From contig NC_012803.1 of NCBI RefSeq assembly GCF_000023205.1, positions 1,650,001-1,682,000 on the forward strand: a stretch of DNA of 32,000 nt, in the 5' to 3' direction. Made by a program: the position numbers and the translations under genes. The notes below the pieces were generated by a model, which saw nothing but the letters and a program-made list of their open reading frames with translations, searched no databases and was not told the DNA's origin. The stretch comes from Micrococcus luteus NCTC 2665 (lineage in GTDB: Bacteria > Actinomycetota > Actinomycetes > Actinomycetales > Micrococcaceae). How positions within the stretch are numbered: position 1 is the stretch's first letter; every line of letters begins with the position of its first letter. This document shows, piece by piece, positions 25,210-32,000 of the stretch.

Positions 25210-26775
25210 ATGTCGCCTCACGCCCTCGGCCTCCGCGGCCCCGCCGACCCGGCCCTGCTCGAGCGCCTCGCCGCCCTGCGGACGGAGCTCGAGCTGCCGC
25301 CGGCCTTCCCCGCCCCCGTCCTGGCCGAGGCGGAGGTGGCCGCTCATGAGGTGCACGCGGGCCTGGCCGCGAGTCCGGACCACGCGGACCGCACGGTCCT
25401 GCCGTTCGTCACCGTGGACCCCGCCGGCTCCACGGACCTGGACCAGGCCCTGCTCCTGACCCCCGCCGACGACGACGGCATCCTGGTCCGCTACGCGATC
25501 GCCGACGTTCCCGCCTTCGTGGCCCCGGGCGGCGCCGTGGACGCCGAGGCCCGCCGCCGCGGCCAGACCGTCTACCTGCCCGACGGCCGAGTCCCCCTGC
25601 ACCCGGAGGTGCTGAGCGAGGACGCCGCCTCCCTGCTGCCGGACCGCGAGCGCCCGGCATTCATGTGGACGTTCCTGCTGGACGCCGCGGGCGCCGTCGT
25701 CGAGACCGGCCTCGAACGCGCCCGCGTCCGCTCCCGGGCGCAGCTGACGTACGGGCAGGTGCAGGCCTTCCTCGACGCGCAGCCGGGGGCACAGGCGCCG
25801 ACGACGCCGCGCCCCGGGGTCACCGACGCGGACCGGGCCGCCGCCGAGGGGTGGCCGGCCGAGGTGCGCGACTCGCTGGCGCTGCTGCCGGAGGTGGGCC
25901 GACGGCGGGCCGCACAGGAGGCCGCCCGCGGCGGTGCCTCCCTGAACCTGCCGGACCAGGAGGTCCGTGTCACCGAGGACGGGGCGCACGAGCTCGTGCA
26001 CCGGGCGCCGCTGCCGGCGGAGGAGCACAACGCCCAGCTCTCCCTGCTGACCGGCATGGCCGCGGCCGAGCTGATGCTGGCCGCCGGAGTCGGGATCCTG
26101 CGCACGATGCCGGCGCCGGACGCCGACGCCATCGCCGCCTTCCGAGAGCGCACACACGCCCTGGGCGCCCCGTGGGACGAGGGCCAGGACTACGGCGCCT
26201 ACCTGCGTTCCCTCGACCCCGCCGACGCGCGGCACCTGGCGGCGCTGCACGCGGCCACCGGGCTGTTCCGCGGCGCCGGGTACACGGCCTTCGACGCGCA
26301 GGCCGAGGACCCGGCCCTGCGCACACCGCCGGCCGAACCGGCCCAGGCCGCGCTCGCCGCCCCCTACGCCCACGCCACCGCTCCCCTGCGCCGGCTCGTG
26401 GACCGCTTCGTCCTGGCCCTGTGCCACGCCCACGCCATCGGCGCCCCCGCCCCCGCGTGGGTCCGCAGCGCCCTGCCCGCGCTGCCCGCCCTCATGGCGG
26501 ACTCGTCGCGCCGGGCCTCGGCCGCGAGCCGGACGGCGGCGGACCTCGTGGAGGCGGCGGCGCTCGAGTCCCGCGTCGGCGCGGAGCTCGAGGGGATCGC
26601 GGTGCGCGAGGCGAAGGACGGCACGGAGGTGTGGTTGCTCGATCCGGCCGTGAGCCTGCGGGTGCCGGGCAGCGTCCCGGCGGGCACCCGGGTGCGCGTG
26701 CGGATCGAGGGCGTGGACCGCGCTTCGGGTGCGATCACGGCCGCGGGGGTAGACTGGCCGCACAGCTCACGCTGA
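25210..26775 (+). CDS. RNB-domain ribonuclease (RNase II/R family) without N-terminal cold-shock domains, with a possible C-terminal S1-like barrel
   Basis: RNB motifs are VTVDPAGSTDLDQAL (I), RGQTVYLPDGRVPLHP (II) and YAHATAPLRRLVDRF (IV). The C-terminal GIAVREAKDGTEVWLLDP...RVRVRIEGVD resembles an S1 domain. Confidence 0.85.
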   Translation: MSPHALGLRGPADPALLERLAALRTELELPPAFPAPVLAEAEVAAHEVHAGLAASPDHADRTVLPFVTVDPAGSTDLDQALLLTPADDDGILVRYAIADVPAFVAPGGAVDAEARRRGQTVYLPDGRVPLHPEVLSEDAASLLPDRERPAFMWTFLLDAAGAVVETGLERARVRSRAQLTYGQVQAFLDAQPGAQAPTTPRPGVTDADRAAAEGWPAEVRDSLALLPEVGRRRAAQEAARGGASLNLPDQEVRVTEDGAHELVHRAPLPAEEHNAQLSLLTGMAAAELMLAAGVGILRTMPAPDADAIAAFRERTHALGAPWDEGQDYGAYLRSLDPADARHLAALHAATGLFRGAGYTAFDAQAEDPALRTPPAEPAQAALAAPYAHATAPLRRLVDRFVLALCHAHAIGAPAPAWVRSALPALPALMADSSRRASAASRTAADLVEAAALESRVGAELEGIAVREAKDGTEVWLLDPAVSLRVPGSVPAGTRVRVRIEGVDRASGAITAAGVDWPHSSR

Positions 26776-26851
26776 CCCAGGATGACCGGTCGCTCTCTGA
26801 TCACCCTGACCCGCCGCCCGCGCCCCTGACGCCCGGGACGGCACCATGACC

Positions 26852-26865
26852 TGCCGGATCCGGCA
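26852..26865. promoter_or_regulatory. 14-bp perfect palindrome TGCCGGATCCGGCA in the long region upstream of the DEAD-box helicase gene
   Basis: Self-complementary over all 14 nt. It follows three TGAC motifs spaced exactly 20 nt apart (26807, 26827, 26847). Confidence 0.3.
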
Positions 26866-27025
26866 CGGCCCGCCGCGCACGGCGCGCCCGCCCGGTTCCA
26901 CGGGGCGCCGCCCGTCGGCCGCTCCGCGTGCTTGCCTCGCGATCGGCTTCCGCTTGAACCGCGCGCACGGCGGAGCCGGGCCTTCCGCCCGCCGTGACGA
27001 CGCCCGACCAGGAACGCGAGTCGCC

Positions 27026-28861
27026 ATGACCCAGAACTCCGAGCACACCCCCGCCTCCGCCGACCTCGACCCGACGGTCGCCGCGATCGCGGAGGACATC
27101 GTCACCGAGGACGCCGCCCCCGTGGCCCCCGAGCAGACCTTCGCCGACTTCGGGGTGCACCCCGCGATCGTCGAGGCCCTGGAGGCCAAGGGCATCGTCC
27201 ACCCCTTCCCCATCCAGGCCATGACCCTGCCGGTCGCCCTCGGCGGCCACGACATCATCGGCCAGGCCAAGACCGGCACGGGCAAGACCCTCGGCTTCGG
27301 CATCCCCGCGCTGCAGCGCGCCATCGGCCCGGGTGAGCCCGGCTGGGACGGCCTCGAGGCCAAGGGCACCGCGGGCGCCCCGCAGGCCCTGATCGTCGCC
27401 CCGACGCGCGAGCTCGCCGTCCAGGTGGCCGGCGACCTCACGGCCGCCGCGGCCCGGCGCCCCCTGCGCATCGCCACCATCTACGGCGGCCGCGCCTACG
27501 AGCCGCAGATCGAGGAGCTGCAGCGCGGCGTCGAGATCGTCGTCGGCACCCCCGGCCGCCTCATCGACCTGATGCGCCAGCGCCACCTGCGCCTGGACCT
27601 GGTGAACACGGTGGTGCTGGACGAGGCCGACGAGATGCTGGACCTCGGCTTCCTCCCCGACGTCGAGACCCTGCTCGCCGCCGTCCCGGCCGTGCGCCAG
27701 ACCATGCTGTTCTCGGCCACCATGCCGGGTCCCGTGGTGGCGATGGCGCGCCGCTACATGACGCAGCCGACCCACATCCGCGCGGCGGACCCGGAGGACG
27801 AGGGCCTGACGAAGAAGGACATCCGTCAGCTCGTCTACCGCGCCCACCACATGGACAAGGACGAGCTCGTGGCCCGCGCCCTGCAGGCCGAGGGCCGCGG
27901 CCGGACCATCATCTTCACGCGCACCAAGCGCACGGCCGCCCGCGTGGCGGACGAGCTGACGGCGCGCGGCTTCGCGGCCGGCGCGCTGCACGGCGACCTC
28001 GGCCAGGGCGCCCGCGAGCAGGCGCTGCGCGCGTTCCGCAACGGCAAGGTGGACATCCTCGTGGCCACCGACGTCGCGGCGCGCGGCATCGACGTCGACG
28101 ACGTCACCCACGTGTTCAACTTCCAGGCGCCGGAGGACGAGAAGACCTACGTGCACCGCGTGGGCCGCACGGGCCGCGCCGGCAACAAGGGCGTGGCGGT
28201 GACCCTCGTGGACTGGGAGGACATGCCGCGCTGGTCCCTGATCGACAAGGCGCTCGGCCTCGGCCAGCCCGAGCCGGTGGAGACCTACTCCTCCTCCCCG
28301 CACCTGTTCTCCGACCTCGGCATCCCGAAGGGCACGAAGGGCCGTCTGCCGCAGGCCAAGCGCGTGCTCGAGGGCCTCGAGGGCGAGACGCTCGAGGACC
28401 TCGGCGGCCCCGAGGCGAAGCAGCGCGACGGCGGCCGCGGACGGGGTCGCGAGGGCGGTCGGTCCCGCGACGGCGAGCGCGGCGGCCGTGAGGGCGGCCG
28501 GGGCCGCCGCTCCGGCGAGGGTCGTGACGCGGCGCGCGGCGGGGGCCGCGGCGAGCGCTCCGAGCGCTCTGGCCGGGGTCGTGGTGAGGCACCCGCCGAG
28601 CAGCGCGCCGGGGCCCGCAGCCGTGGTGAGGCACCCGCCGAGCAGCGCGCCGAGGGCCGGGGCCGTGGTCGCGGCGATGGTCGCGAGCGCACCGCCTCGC
28701 GCTCCGAGGCCCCCGCGGCCCGCACGCCGGAGCCGGTGGCCGGCGTCGAGCTCACCGACGCCCGCCGGGCCGAGCGCGCGGAGGCCCGGGCCGAGGCCCG
28801 TCGTCGCCGGGGCGGCCGCACCCGCACGCGCCGCCGCAACGGCGAGGTCGTGGACGGCTGA
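27026..28861 (+). CDS. DEAD-box ATP-dependent RNA helicase with an Arg/Gly-rich C-terminal tail
   Basis: Q motif FADFG...PFPIQ, motif I AKTGTGKT, II DEAD (VLDEADEML), III SAT, VI HRVGRTGRAG. ATG 27026 (MTQNSEH) is preferred. The frame is also open from ATG 26846, where G/C is less dominant at third codon positions towards the 3' end. Confidence 0.92.
   Translation: MTQNSEHTPASADLDPTVAAIAEDIVTEDAAPVAPEQTFADFGVHPAIVEALEAKGIVHPFPIQAMTLPVALGGHDIIGQAKTGTGKTLGFGIPALQRAIGPGEPGWDGLEAKGTAGAPQALIVAPTRELAVQVAGDLTAAAARRPLRIATIYGGRAYEPQIEELQRGVEIVVGTPGRLIDLMRQRHLRLDLVNTVVLDEADEMLDLGFLPDVETLLAAVPAVRQTMLFSATMPGPVVAMARRYMTQPTHIRAADPEDEGLTKKDIRQLVYRAHHMDKDELVARALQAEGRGRTIIFTRTKRTAARVADELTARGFAAGALHGDLGQGAREQALRAFRNGKVDILVATDVAARGIDVDDVTHVFNFQAPEDEKTYVHRVGRTGRAGNKGVAVTLVDWEDMPRWSLIDKALGLGQPEPVETYSSSPHLFSDLGIPKGTKGRLPQAKRVLEGLEGETLEDLGGPEAKQRDGGRGRGREGGRSRDGERGGREGGRGRRSGEGRDAARGGGRGERSERSGRGRGEAPAEQRAGARSRGEAPAEQRAEGRGRGRGDGRERTASRSEAPAARTPEPVAGVELTDARRAERAEARAEARRRRGGRTRTRRRNGEVVDG
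28580..28652 (+). repeat. Direct in-frame repeat (31 identical nt, 42-nt period) in the helicase tail: RGEAPAEQRA x2
   Basis: CGTGGTGAGGCACCCGCCGAGCAGCGCGCCG occurs at 28580-28610 and again at 28622-28652. Confidence 0.9.
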
Positions 28862-28890
28862 CAGTCCCTCCCGGGCCCCCGGGAATCTTC

Positions 28891-28945
28891 TGCGCGAATG
28901 ACCCTTCCGACCGCCGTGCAGGCGGCCGCAAGGGTCATTCGCGCA
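28891..28945. terminator. 55-nt hairpin with a perfect 16-bp stem and a nested inner stem, between the convergent helicase and PHP genes (candidate bidirectional terminator)
   Basis: TGCGCGAATGACCCTT (28891-28906) is the exact reverse complement of AAGGGTCATTCGCGCA (28930-28945). The 23-nt loop contains CCGCC-GTGCA-GGCGG (28911-28925). Confidence 0.5.
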
Positions 28946-28970
28946 ATGGATCCTCCGCCGTCGCCCGGGC

Positions 28971-29822
28971 TCAGCCGCGGATGATCGCCGTGCCGGTGCC
29001 CTGCCGCTCGATCTCGGCGAGCACCTCTGCGCCCGTGCTGTGCTCGCCGATCGGATTGGGCTTGCCGGTGCCGTGGTAGTCGGACGAGCCGGTGACGAAC
29101 AGCCCGTGCCGGTCCGCGAACGCGCGCAGCCACGTGCGCTCCTCCGCCGGATTGTCCCGGTGCTCGACCTCGACCCCGGCCAGTCCGGCCTCGGCCATCT
29201 GCTCGAACACCTCGTCGCCCACCACGCGGCCCCGCATGCGCGCCCGGGGATGCGCGAACACCGGCACCCCGCCGGCGGCCCGGATGAGCGCGACCGCCTC
29301 GGCCGGGTCCGGGGCGAAGTGCGGCACGTAGTACTTGGACCGGCCGGCGAGGATCTCCGTGAACGCCGCGGAGCGGTCCGGGACGGCCCCGATCGTCACG
29401 AGGGCGTCGGCCAGGTGGGGCCGGCCGATCGTCGCGTTCTCCGCCGCGTGCTCCTGGACCAGCTCCCACGTGATCGGGAAGTCCGCGCCCAGGCGCCGCA
29501 CCATCTCCTGCGCCCGGATCAGCCGCGCGTCGCGGGCCAGGCCGACCTCCCGCAGCAGGGCGGGGTCCTCGGGGTCGTGCAGGTAGCTGAGCACGTGCAC
29601 GCTCACGCCGTCGGCGGAGGTGCAGGACATCTCCATGCCGGGCACGAGCGTCAGCCCGGTCTCCCGCGCGGCGTGGGCGGCCTCGGCCCAGCCGGCGGTC
29701 GTGTCGTGGTCGGTGAGCGCGAGGCCGTCCAGCCCGACCCGCGCCGCCGCACGCACCACGTCGGCCGGCGGCTCGGTGCCGTCGGACTCGGTCGAGTGCG
29801 TGTGCAGGTCGTAGCGGGCCAT
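28971..29822 (-). CDS. PHP-domain metal-dependent phosphoesterase (TrpH/YciV, RNase AM-like)
   Basis: MARYDLHTHSTESDGTEPP...LALTDHDTTAGW...GMEMSC... is the PHP signature. ATG 29822 is preferred because a minus-strand TACCAT hexamer (29835..29830) ends 7 nt upstream, suggesting a leaderless transcript. An alternative ATG is at 29831. The 413-aa ORF in the track over-extends. Confidence 0.85.
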   Translation of the reverse strand: MARYDLHTHSTESDGTEPPADVVRAAARVGLDGLALTDHDTTAGWAEAAHAARETGLTLVPGMEMSCTSADGVSVHVLSYLHDPEDPALLREVGLARDARLIRAQEMVRRLGADFPITWELVQEHAAENATIGRPHLADALVTIGAVPDRSAAFTEILAGRSKYYVPHFAPDPAEAVALIRAAGGVPVFAHPRARMRGRVVGDEVFEQMAEAGLAGVEVEHRDNPAEERTWLRAFADRHGLFVTGSSDYHGTGKPNPIGEHSTGAEVLAEIERQGTGTAIIRG

Positions 29823-29883
29823 GGCGGCCATGGTACCGAGACCCGCGCGCGGCGGCCCCGACCTGCCCGCGCCCACCGGTGCC

Positions 29884-31494
29884 ATGATGGAGGGCATGAC
29901 CGATGCCGCACAGCACCCCGCCCAGACCACCCCCGACCAGCCCGCCGCCGCCCCCGAGGCGGGCGCCGACGGCACCGGCGCGGTGAACCCCCAGCCGCTG
30001 GCCGAGCGCGTCGACAACCGCTCGCAGCGCCCCGCCTCGAACGCCTTCCGCGACTTCATGGCCTCCGACTGGGCGCCCTCGTCGCAGGCCCTGCCCGACC
30101 CCGACGCCTCTGCCCCGTACGCCGCCCGGCGGCGGGCCGCCGTGTCCGCGCGCTTCCCGGGCGAGCGGATCGTGGTGCCGGCCGGCCGCCTCAAGGTCCG
30201 CTCGAACGACACCGACTACCGCTTCCGCGCGCACTCCGCGTTCGCCCACCTGACGGGCCTCGGCGTGGACCACGAGCCGGACGCCGTGCTCGTGCTCGAG
30301 CCCACGGACCCGGGCGCCGGCGACGACGGCACGGACCACACCGCCACCCTGTACTTCCGTCCCCTGGCCGGCCGGGACACCGAGCAGTTCTACGCGGACT
30401 CGCGCTCGGGCGAGTTCTGGATCGGCCCCCGTCCGACCCTGGCCGGCCTGGCCGCCCGCACGGGTCTGCGCACGGCGGGGCTCGAGGAGCTCGAGTCCGC
30501 CATCACCAAGAACGTGGCCGCGGACGGCACCGCGGTGCGGCTGCTGGCCGAGACCGACCAGGACGTGGACGCGCTGCTGGCCGCCGTCCGGACCGAGGCC
30601 GGCGTGGACCTGGCCGCCGCGGCCGAGGCCGACGCCCAGACCGCCGAGTTCCTCTCCGAGCTGCGCCTGGTCAAGGACGCGTGGGAGGTCGAGCGGATGC
30701 GCGCCTCGGTGGCCGCCACGATCGCGGGCTTCGAGGACGTCGTGCGGGCCCTGCCGCGCGCCGTCGGCCACGACCGCGGCGAGCGCGTGGTCGAGGGCGC
30801 CTTCTTCGCCCGCGCCCGCCTCGAGGGCAACGACCTGGGCTACGACACGATCGCGGCCTCCGGCAACAACGCCACGATCCTGCACTGGATCCGCAACACG
30901 GGCGCCGTGCGCCCGGGTGAGCTGCTCCTGCTCGACGCCGGCGTCGAGGACGACTCCCTCTACACCGCGGACATCACCCGCACCCTGCCCGTGTCCGGCA
31001 CGTTCACGGACGTGCAGCGCCGCATCTACCAGGCGGTCCTCGACGCCGCGGACGCCGCCTTCGCGATCGTGCGCCCCGGCATCCGGTTCCGCGAGCTCCA
31101 CGCCGAGGCCATGCGGGTGCTCGTCGACCGCCTCGACGGCTGGGGCCTGCTGCCGGTCTCGGCCGAGGTCGCGCTCTCGGACGAGGGCCAGCACCACCGG
31201 CGCTGGATGCCCCACGGCACCTCGCACCACCTCGGCCTCGACGTGCACGACTGCGCGCAGGCCAAGCGCGAGCTCTACCTGGACGGCGTGCTCGAGCCGG
31301 GCATGGTCTTCACGATCGAGCCGGGTCTGTACTTCAAGGAGGAGGACCTGGCCGTGCCGGAGGATTACCGCGGCATCGGCGTGCGCATCGAGGACGACAT
31401 CCTCGTGACCGAGGACGGGGCCGAGAACCTCTCCGCGGTCCTCCCCCGCACCCCGGACGAGATCGAGGCCTGGATGGCGCGGCTCCAGGCGTGA
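29884..31494 (+). CDS. Xaa-Pro aminopeptidase (aminopeptidase P, peptidase family M24B)
   Basis: LRLVKDAWEVERMR..., ASGNNATILHW, LLLLDAGVE...YTADITRT, HHLGLDVHD, FTIEPGLYF and GVRIEDDILVTEDG form the M24 metal-ligand pattern. The start is uncertain (ATG at 29821, 29884, 29887 or 29896). Confidence 0.9.
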   Translation: MMEGMTDAAQHPAQTTPDQPAAAPEAGADGTGAVNPQPLAERVDNRSQRPASNAFRDFMASDWAPSSQALPDPDASAPYAARRRAAVSARFPGERIVVPAGRLKVRSNDTDYRFRAHSAFAHLTGLGVDHEPDAVLVLEPTDPGAGDDGTDHTATLYFRPLAGRDTEQFYADSRSGEFWIGPRPTLAGLAARTGLRTAGLEELESAITKNVAADGTAVRLLAETDQDVDALLAAVRTEAGVDLAAAAEADAQTAEFLSELRLVKDAWEVERMRASVAATIAGFEDVVRALPRAVGHDRGERVVEGAFFARARLEGNDLGYDTIAASGNNATILHWIRNTGAVRPGELLLLDAGVEDDSLYTADITRTLPVSGTFTDVQRRIYQAVLDAADAAFAIVRPGIRFRELHAEAMRVLVDRLDGWGLLPVSAEVALSDEGQHHRRWMPHGTSHHLGLDVHDCAQAKRELYLDGVLEPGMVFTIEPGLYFKEEDLAVPEDYRGIGVRIEDDILVTEDGAENLSAVLPRTPDEIEAWMARLQA

Positions 31495-31517
31495 TCCGGC
31501 GCGGAGGGCGCCCCTAG

Positions 31518-32000
31518 GGTTCGGACCATGGGTATCGACCTGACCACCGAGCTCACCGCCCTCCGCGACCGCCTCCTCTCCGCCGAGGCGGAGCACGCCG
31601 ACCTCATCTCCCGCGTCCGGGAGCGCCACCGGGCCTCGGCCCGGAACCTCGTGCACTACGTCGCCCTGCGCGGCACCGACCTGCGGCCCCTGCAGGAGGC
31701 GCTGAGCGACGCCGGACTGTCCTCTCTGGGCCGCATGGAGGCCGGCGTGCTGGGCCACGTGGACGCGGTGCTGGCCGCCGCCCGCGCGCTCGACGGCGAC
31801 CCCGCCCCCGCGCCCGAGGACGACGCCCTGACCTCCGCCGAGGGCCGCGCCATCCTCGCCCGCAACGCGGCGAGCCTGCTCGGTCCGGCCCGCGGCGACC
31901 GGGACGCGCGCATCATGGTGACCATGCCCTCCGAGGCCGCCACGGACCCGGAGCTCGTGGCCCGGATCGCCGAGGCCGGCATGGACCTGGCGCGCGTGAA
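31518..32000 (+). CDS. Pyruvate-kinase-like protein, 5' part (about 127-residue N-terminal extension before the PK barrel; continues beyond the right edge)
   Basis: My own translation from ATG 31518 is MGIDLTTELTALRDRLL...HYVALRGTDLRPLQEAL...RDARIMVTMPSEAATDPELVARIAEAGMDLARV. The last 30 residues resemble the PK N-terminus (KIVCTIGPAS...AGMNVARLNFSHG). The frame is open to the window edge and third codon positions are almost all G/C. It is not in the supplied ORF track because it has no stop. Confidence 0.6.

Noticed and set aside
26846-27025. In-frame 60-codon N-terminal extension of the DEAD-box helicase from ATG 26846
   Set aside because: The segment is Arg/Pro/Gly/Ala-rich with no helicase-related motif. 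Third-position G/C preference decays towards 27026, and a purine-rich AGGAA lies just upstream of ATG 27026. It cannot be fully excluded without proteomics.

Overview
Very GC-rich window (by eye over 70% G+C, not computed). Gene content and order look like core chromosome of a high-GC actinobacterium, possibly Micrococcales-like (my inference, unverified). I found no rRNA, tRNA, CRISPR array, transposase or integrase. There are four blocks. (1) 1-10.4 kb is a DNA-repair neighbourhood: the uvrD2 5' end, nudC, a divergent APH-fold kinase, an overlapping operon of an alkyltransferase-like MGMT-family gene, adnA and adnB, and a divergent DEDDh exonuclease. (2) 10.4-24.1 kb holds all nine steps of the coproporphyrin-dependent haem pathway: hemL-hemB, then hemD-hemC-hemH-hemQ-hemY-hemE on the minus strand, with hemA divergent. 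This cluster is split by a three-gene plus-strand insert (brnQ, a NYN+LOTUS predicted RNase, and an orphan 93-aa ORF). (3) 24.1-29.8 kb runs TetR, DUF3107, RNB ribonuclease, DEAD-box helicase and a PHP (RNase AM-like) phosphoesterase, which reads as an RNA-turnover neighbourhood. (4) 29.9-32 kb carries Xaa-Pro aminopeptidase and the 5' part of a pyruvate-kinase-like gene with a long N-terminal extension. Many long Arg/Gly/Pro/Ala-rich ORFs in the track are antisense or frame-shadow artefacts of the GC content and are rejected. I see no clear-cut self-contained novel system. The best candidates for a second look are: the ATL-adnA-adnB coupling; the MARF1-like NYN-LOTUS protein with its neighbouring orphan ORF inside the haem cluster; the DUF3107/RNB/DEAD/PHP cluster, whose RNB motif I is variant; a perfect 10-bp inverted repeat centred in the hemE/hemA divergent region; and a 55-nt nested perfect hairpin between the helicase and PHP genes. 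All family assignments come from motifs I recognise by eye; no database search was run.
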